A stretch of DNA of 56,460 nt, the filler included, from Asterionella formosa (Eukaryota), in NCBI GenBank assembly GCA_002256025.1. It is 6 parts of 6 records of this genome, joined end to end, with 100 filler letters (N's around TTAATTAATTAA, not from the genome) between each part and the next. Parts side by side here need not be neighbours in the genome. Positions count along the whole stretch, not along the records: positions 28,303 to 37,630 come from NKIB01010797.1; positions 37,731 to 47,051 come from NKIB01010808.1; 4 more parts are not named here. The stretch is one strand, 5' to 3'. Both the position numbers and the translations under genes were made by a program. Shown in pieces: positions 34,507 through 47,151 of this stretch (positions are counted from its first letter, which is position 1; the number at the start of each line of letters is the position of its first letter). The notes under the pieces are model-generated. The model was not told where the DNA came from and ran no database searches. It saw only the letters and a list, made by a program, of their open reading frames with translations.

Positions 34507-37212
34507 TCAAAACATCCTTGATTGATCCGCGTGTGCCATATAATCCCCTCTCGATGCTGGACAATACACATAATGCTCCCAGCCCTCCAACCTTGCCTTA
34601 TCATCGTCATCCAAAACATCACCAGAATTCAAGATTTCTCTCCCCATTTGCGGTTCACAGTCAAAACAAACCAAGTGCTTGTCCTGATCCTTGGGAACCA
34701 CTGGACATCCAGATGGTAATAACTTTTCACTCGATATTACATCCTTCCGAATCAACATCCACATGAGTCCATTAGCTGGAAAGGACACGCTGCAGCCATT
34801 CATTCCGCATATCAACTTCACGCGTTTTGACTTTCGGCCACCAGAAACGACGGTGGATGGATCAACTTGATTCAGAGTTTTTGCATTTCCTTGGACTTTT
34901 CGGGGTCTGGCAGATTCGACACCAATCGTCGAGGCCTTGCCTTGTCGAGTCGCTGGCTTCCAGCCAGTTGGATTTTCATGTGTGTCACCTGACTTTCTTG
35001 TCTCAACCACTTCTGGCGTGTCCATTCTGGCAGATTCGACACCAATCGTCGAGGCCTTGCGTTGTCGAGTCGCTGGCTTCAAGTTTATTGGATTTTTATG
35101 GGTATTAACTGGCTTTCTTGTCTCAATCACTTCCTGTGTTTCCAGTGTTTTTTCAACTTCGGTAGTTTCTTCGACCAGTTGAACATTGGCAGATACGACA
35201 CCAATCTTCATAGAATTGCGTAGCTGTCTCGTTGGTTTCGAGAATAATGGAATTTCAACCTTTGCATTTGGCTTTCCGATCACCGTAGATTCTAACTTGT
35301 CTAAAATAGTGGTTGCTTTGTCAACTTCAGTCGTCTCGTCAGCATGTTTGGCACTGGCAGATTTGATCATTGCCTTGCGTTGCTGTGCTGCAGGCTTCAA
35401 GAATACCGGTAATGGATTTTCAATGCTCAACTGAGGCATTTCAGATATCTTAACTGGCTTTCCGAACAGTGCCACCTCTACATTGTCCCAGTTGTCGACG
35501 TCAGTAGCTTGTTCGGTATGTTTTACCCTGGTAGATTCGAGACCAATTTTCACAGGATTGGTTTTTTTAGACATTTTCACCCTTGTTTCTGGATTTTTCT
35601 GTTCTTCATCGGAATTTTGGTCCACAGTCGCTAAATTTTCATCCACTCCCATGCCCTTCTGTTTTCCCGACCTTTCGCGCTTCTTGGACGGCTGTTTATA
35701 AAATAGGAGGGGAGAGCTCCGTCGTCGCGTTGTCTTGCTCGTATCGGGACGCGACTTAACTTCCCCAGTGGATTCCACTTGAAATGATATTGCCAACGTT
35801 CCTGGTGAACTCTTCACAGCATGCAACCAGTTTTGTGGCAACATCAAGCCATCTCCTGCCGTCAACGTAAGGCCCTCCCATCCTGCGCATTGGTCCTTAA
35901 AAGGATTAACGCCTTCAAAGATACTAGAATGTGATTCCACGACGCGGAATTTTTCGTACAAACTGCAAACCGACGGAGATGCGTACATCATTTGCTTCAT
36001 TCCCTTGAGAACAAGTAGGAAGGATGGATCTTGATCATAATGCGTATTGCTAAGTGTCTCCTGCGTTGTACTGATGAAGGCAATTGCCTTTTGATTTGCC
36101 TTTCGCTTGACTCGCATTCCACGAGGAAGACAGCAATCATCAAAAAAGTCCATCACAAACTGACTGGTGAGATGTGCCTTGAAGTATCCTGCTTCAATTC
36201 GAGAAGGCGCACTAGCAATGCATTGTCGAGGGTACACAATGTCAGATTTGATCATTTCATTTGCATATTCTGGAAAGTGTAGATTGAAATATCTGGCCAA
36301 GTCTGACTCCAGTTCTAAACAAGCACGTGTCATTCTGGAAGTTATCATCAAATTTGAGTAAACAATTGGTTCCGGGGCCAAATCATGAAGGCCAGGTGGA
36401 ATATGGTCCCTGAGTTTGCGAATAGCACGTGGTATGTTCCGATTCGTTTTCTTTCTAAGAGGCTGGATGATAATCAAAGGAGTGGGAGGATCATGAGTGT
36501 TGACGTGTCCAGTTCCAACTCCTTCCTTGTCAGCGTGGCTCGTCAGGACCTGATCGTTCGTTTGCTGCTGCACAGGTTCGTGAGCCGTTGCAGTTTCAGT
36601 CGCCTGATGGCAATCGCCTTCATCGACACAGCTTTTTCCAATGTCCGCTTGAGAGTAATCTAAAATAATATGCTCGAAATCTGGACTGATGCTTCCAGCT
36701 TTCGGTGAAAGGGCTCGGTCAACATCAGCCCTTGCTGACGGCGACTTGATGCTGCTGTTGGCCCTCTCGGCTTCCGCGTTGGCGTCCTCTTCGACTTCTG
36801 ATAACAAGGGAGCAACGTGATCCACGACTTCGTCAATGGCATGGTCTTCAGTGCTTGACAGTCGCCGCGGAGATTGCACAGGGGGCAGGAAAGCAGAATT
36901 GGCATTATCATTGGTCTGAACATGACAGGCATCATGTTGTGGACTGTTTTCGACGACGCTCGGTGCCTGCTGGCTCAGAAGGACCACTAGAAAGTCAATG
37001 TCGAGAGAAAACTTTTCGATGGTGCTCATGAGGATCAAATTAGCCAGGTCTTCGTTGCTGATAATGAGCTTCTGCGGCCGGGGTAGCTTGCAGTTGACGC
37101 AGCACGCGTCCGTAAAGTCTACGCTGCTTCCGCAACCGCTGCAGTCGAACTGACGATGGCGAAGCGTCGGGGGGAGCGCACTGTTGCTTGCTATCTCTGT
37201 GGAGCCAGCCAT
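34507..37212 (-). CDS. JmjC/cupin-domain protein with N-terminal Cys4 zinc finger, internal repeats and C-terminal Cys/His cluster
   Basis: Uninterrupted 901-aa ORF with CSGC...CVNC, NTHYDQDPSFLLVLKGMK...LTAGDGLMLPQNWLHAVKS (HxD...H triad) and CGMNGC...HLVCFDC. Confidence 0.8.
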   Translation of the reverse strand: MAGSTEIASNSALPPTLRHRQFDCSGCGSSVDFTDACCVNCKLPRPQKLIISNEDLANLILMSTIEKFSLDIDFLVVLLSQQAPSVVENSPQHDACHVQTNDNANSAFLPPVQSPRRLSSTEDHAIDEVVDHVAPLLSEVEEDANAEAERANSSIKSPSARADVDRALSPKAGSISPDFEHIILDYSQADIGKSCVDEGDCHQATETATAHEPVQQQTNDQVLTSHADKEGVGTGHVNTHDPPTPLIIIQPLRKKTNRNIPRAIRKLRDHIPPGLHDLAPEPIVYSNLMITSRMTRACLELESDLARYFNLHFPEYANEMIKSDIVYPRQCIASAPSRIEAGYFKAHLTSQFVMDFFDDCCLPRGMRVKRKANQKAIAFISTTQETLSNTHYDQDPSFLLVLKGMKQMMYASPSVCSLYEKFRVVESHSSIFEGVNPFKDQCAGWEGLTLTAGDGLMLPQNWLHAVKSSPGTLAISFQVESTGEVKSRPDTSKTTRRRSSPLLFYKQPSKKRERSGKQKGMGVDENLATVDQNSDEEQKNPETRVKMSKKTNPVKIGLESTRVKHTEQATDVDNWDNVEVALFGKPVKISEMPQLSIENPLPVFLKPAAQQRKAMIKSASAKHADETTEVDKATTILDKLESTVIGKPNAKVEIPLFSKPTRQLRNSMKIGVVSANVQLVEETTEVEKTLETQEVIETRKPVNTHKNPINLKPATRQRKASTIGVESARMDTPEVVETRKSGDTHENPTGWKPATRQGKASTIGVESARPRKVQGNAKTLNQVDPSTVVSGGRKSKRVKLICGMNGCSVSFPANGLMWMLIRKDVISSEKLLPSGCPVVPKDQDKHLVCFDCEPQMGREILNSGDVLDDDDKARLEGWEHYVYCPASRGDYMAHADQSRMF
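34907..35134. repeat. 120-bp in-frame tandem repeat inside the JmjC gene
   Basis: CTGGCAGATTCGACACCAATCGTCGAGGCCTTGC at 34907 and 35027. It encodes KPATRQ(R/G)KASTIGVESAR twice. Confidence 0.9.
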
Positions 37213-37630
37213 TGGAGGATATCGCTCTTGCTAATTGCAAACAAGCAACGAAAGGTTCACAGTCAACATCACCAAGAGGTTGTGGAAGTCATTTTTCTAT
37301 TTGATTTTTCACTTGTCGTCTGACTTTCCTCGTGTCGTGGTATGTACCAGGTACCAGTACTGACTGGTACTGCAGCTATGATGTAATGTGTACTAACATA
37401 CAGGTAAGTCAATACCCAGTAGTTCATAACAATAGGTTATACATACCTGAATATATTATTTTTAATTTCAAGTTTGCTAGCTACGACAATGTCAGCGTAT
37501 ATTATGGATGACAATTTGGTATTGGTACCTGGTACCAAAATAGGTACTTGGACGTTGAATACCGCTATATGCGCACATGCCATACTCTCAAGAGGATGTA
37601 CCGGTATGATTCATACTTTTGAATAATTTT

Positions 37631-37730
37631 NNNNNNNNNNNNNNNNNNNNNNNNNNNNNNNNNNNNNNNNNNNNTTAATTAATTAANNNNNNNNNNNNNN
37701 NNNNNNNNNNNNNNNNNNNNNNNNNNNNNN
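37631..37730. other. Artificial contig linker
   Basis: N44-TTAATTAATTAA-N44. Confidence 0.99.
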
Positions 37731-38754
37731 TTAAGACACTGGTGGTGCCAGCAAATCAATGCAACTGTTTTCGGACAGAGGGAGTACTTCTGAGAAGTTT
37801 CGGCTGCACAACGACTGCAAAGACGACTTGTTAACAATAGCATGATTAATTAATTAAAGCAAAAGATGTGAGACAAGTTATTTATTAGCTTAGATTTGAT
37901 TGGCTGCATGCTGTATGGACGCCGCAAAATGGAGTCATTGTGAGATGGGAATGATGGAAGCATATTGGAAATGAGCTTTCAAATTTTTTTGCTTACCAGT
38001 AAGTACCGGAATACTGTTGTCATTATACTTTATGTACTACTAGTTGACAGTCAATACAGTATACAGGTACATAACATTAGGACTGGTATAATACAGCATT
38101 ATCTTCATTGACATCCCATATCAGGAAGTAGCTGCATCGCATCAACAGATGAATCTATCAGGAAATAATATCTTCACATGATTCATGATGGTTACTAATT
38201 TTTTGCCAAATTGGTTTCAAAAAGCCGATTTGGCAAAAATCCCAATTTGGATTGATTCTGGACATCAAGGAAAAAACAAAAAAACACTCGAAGTCCCAAA
38301 ATGGAATCAAAATTGGGTACTACATGGTTCCATTTTGGGTACTTTTCGGCTCCTGTGTATGTGAATGCTCATGTGCGTGTATATTCATACCGGCGTATGA
38401 TGTACTGTTGTAAGTATTCCGGCACCAGGTACCAGGTACCAGGTACTGGTACATACCAGCATAAAAGTCATACAGAGGTTTCCCAAAAACCAACGCTCAC
38501 CCATAACTTAGTGTCATCATACATACTATAAATTATACATATACGAATATATAATTATCCTCATATACTTCGATTTCGATTCTTCTTTCACCCAAATCCA
38601 CATCATTGTTGTTCACACAATACATTGATGAACGTTTTGATGCTTGCTTATTCATAATTGTTCATTTGGTTTCTCAATCCATTCTCCTGTCGGTTGGTTG
38701 CTTTTTATTATTCATCTCAGCTATTATATTATATAAGCAACGAAAGAAACCAAA

Positions 38755-41700
38755 ATGCCAATCGCCTCATCGCAATCATCGTCATCAGGCGCAAGTGACC
38801 TCATGGGTCTCTTTGCTCCTCCTCCTCCTCCTCCTCTTACTACCAATGCAACAACTGCAACTGCAAATAATTCTAATACTACTAATGCACCTAAAGCAAC
38901 TACTAACATGAGTGAACCAACAATGACAACCAACAAGAATAATAACAACAACAACAACAATAACAATAACGAGTCAATGAAAATATTGATGACTCCTCCT
39001 CGACCACCACCTCAAGATTTTTATGATACAACCAACAACAACAATAATAAAATGGAAGTTCCTTTTATACAAAATTCTACTTCTACCATTGACACATCCA
39101 ACATTTCATTTCGAAGTGATTTGGAACAAGTCATAAATGAATATGACAATGAGATGAATGACGAAGATGACAGTACTCTGAATTACAACAACAGCAACTC
39201 ATCTACTACAACAACAGCAGCAACAGTACGACCAAGAGGAATAATGAGACAACGTACAACCCCAAGATCCAATAAAACAACAAATAAAAAATCCATGAAT
39301 TCTCAATACAACGATGAACAATCTGCATTACTATTACTTGGATCAATGGATGATAATAATGAAAATGGAAATGATGCACATTACATGTATGAATCATTAC
39401 CATCTTCTCATCCAGACTGTTGTGTATCAACACCATCAACTCCTAAAGTACGATCCAACATGACATTGAAAGGGACTGCATTATTTGCTACTGAAGAAAA
39501 TGAGAATGGAGCAGAAACACCAATGATGTTGCCAAAATCATTTTTATTTGACAAGAATTTGCAAAATACAGATCAATTACTACCAGTTATTGGAGAATAT
39601 GATACTACTACTGTACCATTATCAACAACAACAAATGACTGCGCAGACATTTGGAAAAAATTTGCAAAGGAACATTTACATCTTGCTACATTCATTGGAT
39701 CATTCATGGTATTGTTGTATCATATTGTCTTTTGTTTGGCCATGGGGTCGGCCATTATTCGACCCAGTACCAATAAATCCATTTTAGGACTCATGACTAA
39801 AATGGCAGCAAGTGGAGTTATATTTGCATCACCCATTTATTTGATACGATTGGGATCTGACATTTCCATCACTCCTGCTACAGATTTGTTCTTGGCACCA
39901 TTCTTGGCAAAATTAGCTGCCACTGTTGATGAAGTTTTGGCACAAGATAGTACCATACCACCTGATGAACAAGATGACGTTTTCATGTCCACATTTGCTG
40001 TTTTGTCGGGATTAGGCATGTTGGGATCGGCATGTTTGATTGTCTTGTCATCAAAATTCAAATTGGCCAATTTAGGATCCTTTTTGCCATATCCAGTACT
40101 GTGTGGATTCTTTACAGTTGTTGGGATTATGACGTGGTCATTAGCCTTTCATGTTGATACAGGAGGAAAAGGGTTGGGCAAGGTTTTATTTTCGGGAGAT
40201 GGGGATCTCATTCGTCATGCAGTCCTTCATCATTTGCCATCCTTTTGTGCAGCATACTTGATGCGGTGGGTCGGGCCCAAGAATCCATTGTACACAAGCT
40301 TTGTAATTATTGGTACTATTGCCTTGTTTTATGCTATCATGGGGCTGACTGGAATGACATTGGCAGATGCCAAAGATGCTGGGTGGTTCTGGGCAAAAAG
40401 TGATTTGGTGTATCAACGAAGTGAAACTCGTGTTGGATTTGATAAATGGGCTGCACCAGCTCCCTTTGGGGTGTGGATGTCTTTGTATCAAGGGAAGGTA
40501 CATTGGGGAGCAGTTTGGGAAGGAATGTCAATGGCTACAGCACTCTCTTTTCTATACTTACTCCGCTGTTCCTTGCACTCGGCAGCACTCAAAAAGAGTG
40601 TTGCTAGTTTGGTACGTACTGCAAGACCATCCGACATGGTGAAAGCAACAACTACTACTGCCACTGCGAAAAGACCAAATCCACATCGACGAAGGTTTTC
40701 AGAAGTTATAGACATTGAAGCTTCATTTGCTGCTGTCGGTAATAAGCTCTCTACCACCCTAAATTTAGTCCGAGCAAAGCAATCGACCATTTCGTTGGCA
40801 AGCATGTTAAATACCTATGCCATTAGTCAATCGATATCGGTATTTGTGGGAAGCTTTGGGGTGGCTCCTGCCATGGGTGTAGGCCAAACCATGTTTTCAG
40901 TAAGTACAAGTGTCCCTGGCAATCGTACTTCTCAAAATTCCACCTCACAACTCGTTGACTTTCGATTTTGCTCTCATCATCAAGCTCGGAGCGGAAGGTG
41001 TTGCCACGCAATATGGGGCGATTATACTTTTGACCGTTTTCTATCTCACAAATTTTGAACTGGTTGCGTATATTCCAAAGACTGCGTTTTCAAGTCTGAT
41101 GGTTCTCTCGTTTCTAGATATGATCAATACGTGGTGCTTTAAGTCATACCAAAAGACAAAGGACAAGACGGAATGGCTTGTAGTGCCCGTGATTGTTGTG
41201 TTTGCATTTACTTTCGGTATGCTGCAATCAGTGTTCTTGGGAATAGCGTTGTCCACATTCATCTTCGTTGCTGCTTTCTTCCGAACTGGCGTGGTCAAAT
41301 TTATGGCTACAGGACTGACGGTTCGATCTACGATTGAGCGATCTGTCAATAGTGGAAACTGGCTTGACGAGAATGGCGATAAAATACAGATTTTGGTACT
41401 CCAAAATTATCTTTTTTTTGGAAATGCATCGTCGCTTCTGGCATATATTTCGTCAATGTTTGAAGAGCCGGATGAGAGTGATCTCAAAACAGTTGTCTCT
41501 CTTCCTCCGTTGCCAAAATACCTTATTCTGGATCTGACACTGGTTTCAGGTATGGATACATCGACTGCAGACATTTTTTTGGACATTAAGCAGATGTGTA
41601 AATTACATGACTGCAAACTATTCTGTTCCGGGATCTCCTCACGTCTTAGCTCAGTACTTGCGCTTGGAAACTTTAAGCCTGAACGTGGTGACCGCTCAAA

Positions 41701-42665
41701 ACGCCAGGTCAGATTTTTTGCTGACCTTGATAGCGCTATTGGAAAGGCTGAAGACAACCTCTTGCTCGACGAGTTCGAAGATGATCCATCGCTTGAGGTC
41801 ACGGAACGCGAAGATCCTCGTTACAATGTACTGAGAAAAGTCATGGGTGATGGTGGGTTCAGGTATGCACTTCGAGAGATTGACGAACAGGTACGGTACC
41901 ATGTATCAGTTGAATTTGCGAGGTCCGGACTTGCATTCTCTCACCTCATTCTAATTGCGCAGCACGGGTCTAACTTTTCGAACGGTTTACTTGAACTTTA
42001 TGATTATACAATTCCTGTTGAACTTGAACCAGGGCAGAGCTTGTACCACTGCAACGGTGGACCAATAGCTGACAGTGATCGTGGACTATTCTTTATTGAG
42101 CAGGGCCTAATTAAGATTGAGAGAAATTCGTCATCGACAGTAACAAGAGGATCTAATAGCCCACTTGATCTCCGAGCAGGCACATTCTGCAATTCAAATG
42201 CATCCTTAACTCAATTGAATGCACGATTAATTAGCGGACAGGTTATTCAACGAGCGCATGTTGAATTGGCTAGGAGCTCCAGCACCATGAGACTGGCAAG
42301 AATCGGACCAGGTTGGATCGTCGGCGCACTGGAATTTGTAACCGGCTCGCATCACGAAGGACAAAATGTCGCAGGTATGTTCCCAGGATGTGACCTATAT
42401 TGCCATCAATAATTCATTTCAATTAATTGTTGTCCATTCCTCTGCAGTCACTAGCTGTCGCCTTCATCACTTACCTTTCCGACGTATTGACGAGATCGAA
42501 GAGAAAGATGCCCAATTGGTGCTTCGACTGTACAAGCTCTTGTCACACATGGTGGCACGTCAACAACAAGTCACAATTGGGCAGCTTGGTACCCTGCATT
42601 CGATCATGACCTCGTCTTCTACCCACAAGCCTATTGGACGATTGCATTCATCCATAGGAAAATGA
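38755..42665 (+). CDS. SulP/SLC26-family transporter with STAS and cyclic-nucleotide-binding domains; exons ~38755-40899, 40985-41890, 41963-42374, 42448-42665
   Basis: GSFLPYPVLCGF, multiple TM segments, LQNYLFFGNA, LILDLTLVSGMDTS (STAS) and IGPGWIVGALE (cNMP-like). Three GT-AG introns keep the frame. Asn-rich N-terminus. Confidence 0.9.
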
Positions 42666-42990
42666 CGGAAAAATGTACCTGGTTCATGTTTGAATTCAGA
42701 AAATGCCAAATATTCAGCACAGTTGGCTTTTACATGCATTCCTGAGCAATTCCAATAGCAAAAGGCCACAGTAAATGGAACTATTCTTGTTGACATTCTG
42801 TGCAGTACTCAAGGATGAGTCTATAGGCGCAGTATTTTTCCATGGCCTCTAATTTCTTGACACGACACACAGAGCATGTGACGTGAGAATGAAATGTCCA
42901 GAGCAAAGCAATAAGAAGAATAGAATAAGATTGTTATAATAAGCTTGATGTAGAGAGAATGTAGGGTGGATGTTTATTCCAGGATGCTTC

Positions 42991-45900
42991 TTACTCGTCG
43001 TTGGAGTCACCGTCGTCATCGTCATCCAAAACACGACGCTTTTTTGTAGGTGCTACTTCTCCACCTCCCGCACTTTTATCAGCATCTCGTTTCGTTCCTT
43101 TTGGCAATAATTCTTCGTCGCTCTCTTCGTCGCTACTTTCACCAAACAAATCTTGTTCGGTTGCTACCTGTTGATGTTCTTTGCTGTCTGGTTCCGTTGC
43201 CGCCTTCATTTCGGCGCCATCATCACTTTCTTTCTCAGCGTGAGGCTTTTCAGGTTCATCATCGTCGTCGTCGTCGTCGTCTGAATCGTCAAAGAGGGCA
43301 GCTGTGTTATTATTTGCCGGCACATCGTCATCGTCAAATAGATCATCATCATCATCAACTGGAGGCGCATCGCCCTTTTTGACTTTTTTCTTCTTCTCAG
43401 ATGCATCCTTCTTTGCTTGGGCCTCTTGCTCCCATCCTTCCTGGAGTTGCCTGACCTTGTGCATCTTCGCGGCGGCACGTTTGTCTCGCTCTTCTTGCCT
43501 CTTCACTTCTGCCTCCTCCTCCATGATGCGATGGATTTCTTCCTCTTTGCGCTGGGACTCAGCGGCCGCACGCTGCAACTCACGAATTTCGTTGGCCTCC
43601 TCTTCACGCTTCCTTTCTTCGTCAAGGTGAGACTTGGCACTTTCAATGTTTGCCTTACAATGAGTGATGAAATCCTGCAACATGGACGAAGCAATAACTA
43701 CTTTCTTTCCTTCGTTTTTCCAACGGAGCATCTCCTCTACCTTTGGAAGACTTTCCTCCAACCCCTTCAAAGCTTCTTCCACTTCTAACGCGGTACGACG
43801 AATATTTCTTGTCAACTTTTGCAATACGCAATTGGCAGCCTGAAGCCTAGTCATACAAAGATTGTATTCAATAATCACTTCCTTTCGCTTGCTCTTTTGT
43901 AGAGCAGCTTCGAGATGCTCGATACACAACTTGTAACGCTCATCTGCTGGCGCAGCTTGCGCATTGTTGAAAAGTTCCGTCTGACGAGCCCAATCAAAAT
44001 AAGCAAAGGCAATGTAAAGCAATACTTCGGCAACGTCATCTTCACGACTCTTTGTTGTAATTGGGGCAGATCCATCCTGAGTTCGCTTCATATAGCTTTG
44101 ATACATTTGCAACGCTTCCGCGTGTTTCTTCTGGGCCAAGTAAATGTGTCCTAGATTCAAGTGTGCATCGGCAATGGTGTCACCGCTGACTTCACGAACC
44201 CTGTTAAAGGCTTCCTTGGCCTTGAAAAGCTCTCCCATCTCCGCCAAGACAGACCCAATACCATTGGCCGCATACGCGTTATCTTTATCCTTTCGAAGGA
44301 TCTGTTTGTAACACTGAGCGGCATACTCCAAATGTTTGGCATATTTCCCAGGAACCGACAAATTGGCGAAGTAAATATTTCCAAGACTCAAATTCGAATA
44401 TGCTTCAACACTAGTAGCTTTAGACTGAAGCAACTGGTTGAAGATGGACTGAGCCGGAGGCCAGTCACATAGTGAAAGGTGGAGATTACCCACCAAAGTG
44501 AGAACTTCCGGATTGCCTGGGGCGACTGCACAAGCAATCTTAAGCCATGCCGAGCACTCCTTTAACGATCCACAGTCGCGAGCAATACATGCCAAACGAA
44601 GATACGAGTTGACATAGGTTGGGACACGCTTCACGATGGCCTTATGAAGTTCGATGGCAGCAAGAGGAGTTCCAGCGGCCTCATGGACACGTGCAATGTT
44701 AAAGGCTATCGTAATAGCTTGGGAATTATCGAATCGTTTGTTTTCGCGCTTGACTTTAAGTTTAATAAGTGTCGTGGCGGGCGATGGTACTTCGTAATCA
44801 ACTTCTGCGAGATCACTCTCTTCAGGGGTGGGAGGGAGAAAATTTTCCTTCACCTTGATGTTAGTACCATTGACTTCCAAAACATCGGTGAAGAATGCAT
44901 CTCCAATCTGAACATGGTCACCAGCCTTCAATGTGTACTCTCCGGTAACTGTCAACGTATCAGAGCCTTCAACTGGAGGGGATTCCACAATCAATGATGT
45001 ATCAATGTAATCAAAAAACATGTTGTTTCCAGAATCGCGGATGGGTCCACCAGCGACGCCTTCATTGTTCAATTGCGCTTCGCCGGAACCTAAAACATTC
45101 AAGGCTTTGGTGTAATACCCAATACTTTCTTCATATCGCTGGGTCTCAAAGCATAAAACTCCAATGTTGGTGTGCATTTCGTAAGGAATAGTTCTACCAG
45201 ACGCTTCGAGTAACTCCACGGCTTTTTTATACTTTTGCAGCGACTCGGCATAATTCGCCTTTTGCTGTTGTAACGCAAGGGCTTCCAATAGTTGCAAGTC
45301 TGGATTTAGTGGATCCAAATCAATCGCCTTTTTCAAATGAAGTAAACCTTCCTTGTCATTTCCTGACTTGACTTCCAACAATCCCAGTGCTGCAAGAGCA
45401 TCCGTTGCCGTCAATGACGTTCCCAGGACTAACTTCAAATGAGCACTCGCTTGAGCATACTCTTCTTGAGCAATCAGAGTTTGTGCCAATCCAAACCGAG
45501 CCGGGGACAAATCAGGTGCGAGCTTGACGGCACGTTCATATAGTTTATGAGCATTGTCCATATCTTCTCGTACATGATGAACTCGTGCCAACAAAAATAG
45601 TGATTCGGCTTGTATTTCTTGAACTTGTGTGGAGTTGTACGCTCCCTTTGCCAACGCCATGACGCGATCATAATCCTTCTTCCAAACTTTGAGACCAGCT
45701 GCATGAAAATAAGATATCACAAAACAAAAGCCATGGTTTCCAAAAACAGTGAGACAAAATAATGAAAAACTGGGACATGTTCCTTCGTCAAGCACAAACT
45801 CAACGTACATTGGGATTCTCCCTTCCACTCCGATCGCATAGTGAATGTTGTATTTTCTTCTCGTTCTTCTTCAACAGTAGTTTCCATATCCAAGCCAATA

Positions 45901-47040
45901 CGAATACGTTCTCCACTATCTAATGGTATTGGTTGTGATCCAGTCACAACTTTACTCCCCTTCACAACAGAAACAGTCCCCACAACAGGTGTCCATTTCC
46001 AAAAGTAATGATTTGCCAAATGATTCTGTACCATGGCATTGGAATGGTCCAATAAATTGGCCATGGACATTTGTTTCATGGCTCGTTCTCGTTTCATGGC
46101 AAAATCAGCTTGATGACTATCCATGGACGCCATATCCAACATGGCTGCCCCCACCATGGCGGGGACATAGTTAGGGTCCAATGCCAATGCCCTTTCCATG
46201 GCAGCCTTGGCTCGATCAATTTGTCCCAGTTGATAACACGTGATTGCAAATCCCACTCGAGTCGGTGCTCCTCCAGTTTCGGGATACAAACGAATGGCCT
46301 TGCTATAATAGTCCTGTGCAGAACGATACTGTCCTTCTTGATACAAGACATTGGCCATCCCTAATAGTCCAGGCAAGACATTGCCACATTGTTTCAAGGT
46401 TGTGTCAAAGAAGAATCTAGCTTGATCAAGTCGTCCAGATAATAGATTGTACATGCCCTTTCCAGACCACGTCATGGGGAAAAATGTTTCCAATTTACTG
46501 GCTGATGTGAAGCGTGTGTCTATGGGTTTGTGTGTGTGTGTGTTGGAGAGCGAGAGGGGGGTGGTGGCGGTGAGTAATGGTAGAATAGATTGTCATGACT
46601 ATAAACCCAACCAAGAAACTAGAAAGGAAATGATAGAAAATCACACATATATACACACCTGCCATTTGCTTGTCTTCACTAGCTGCCAAATGAGCAATTC
46701 CAGCACTAGCTAATAATCTGACTCTTGTAGTCTTGTCCTGTCCCCAGGGCCGTTCACAACCAGCTTGTAAAATGGCAGAAGACTCTCGTGCCAACGATTC
46801 CTGCATATAGGCTAATCCAACGTTGGCCCATATTTCCAATGGTGCATCTTCTTCCTTGAGTATGTGAAGCAATGTGGAAGATGGAATATCTACCAATTCG
46901 TCGGGAAAGATTTCAATGAAATTGTTGGTTTTGTTGGACTTGTTTGACGAAATTGGAATAATAAGCGACGATTGAGTGTGTTGCTGTTGTTGTTGTGAGC
47001 CTTCTTGTGGCAGCACAAGGATGGAGTCTTCGGCAGGCAT
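42991..47040 (-). CDS. CTR9: RNA polymerase-associated protein CTR9 (PAF1 complex); exons 47040-46659, 46519-45809, 45698-42991
   Basis: ILKEEDAPLEIW, NHLANHYFWK, TPR array, YVNSYLRL, NAYAANGIGSVLAE, AFNRVRE, LNLGHIY, acidic tail with a KKRR NLS-like motif. Confidence 0.93.
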
Positions 47041-47051
47041 GATGATGATGA

Positions 47052-47151
47052 NNNNNNNNNNNNNNNNNNNNNNNNNNNNNNNNNNNNNNNNNNNNTTAAT
47101 TAATTAANNNNNNNNNNNNNNNNNNNNNNNNNNNNNNNNNNNNNNNNNNNN
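47052..47151. other. Artificial contig linker
   Basis: N44-TTAATTAATTAA-N44. Confidence 0.99.

Noticed and set aside
43050..45704. Antisense and alternate-frame ORFs over CTR9 and other genes
   Set aside because: Shadow ORFs of real coding sequence with no independent motifs.
9338..47151. TTAATTAATTAA recurring every ~9.43 kb, and ORFs ending in X...LIN
   Set aside because: Synthetic six-frame-stop linkers inside N runs.
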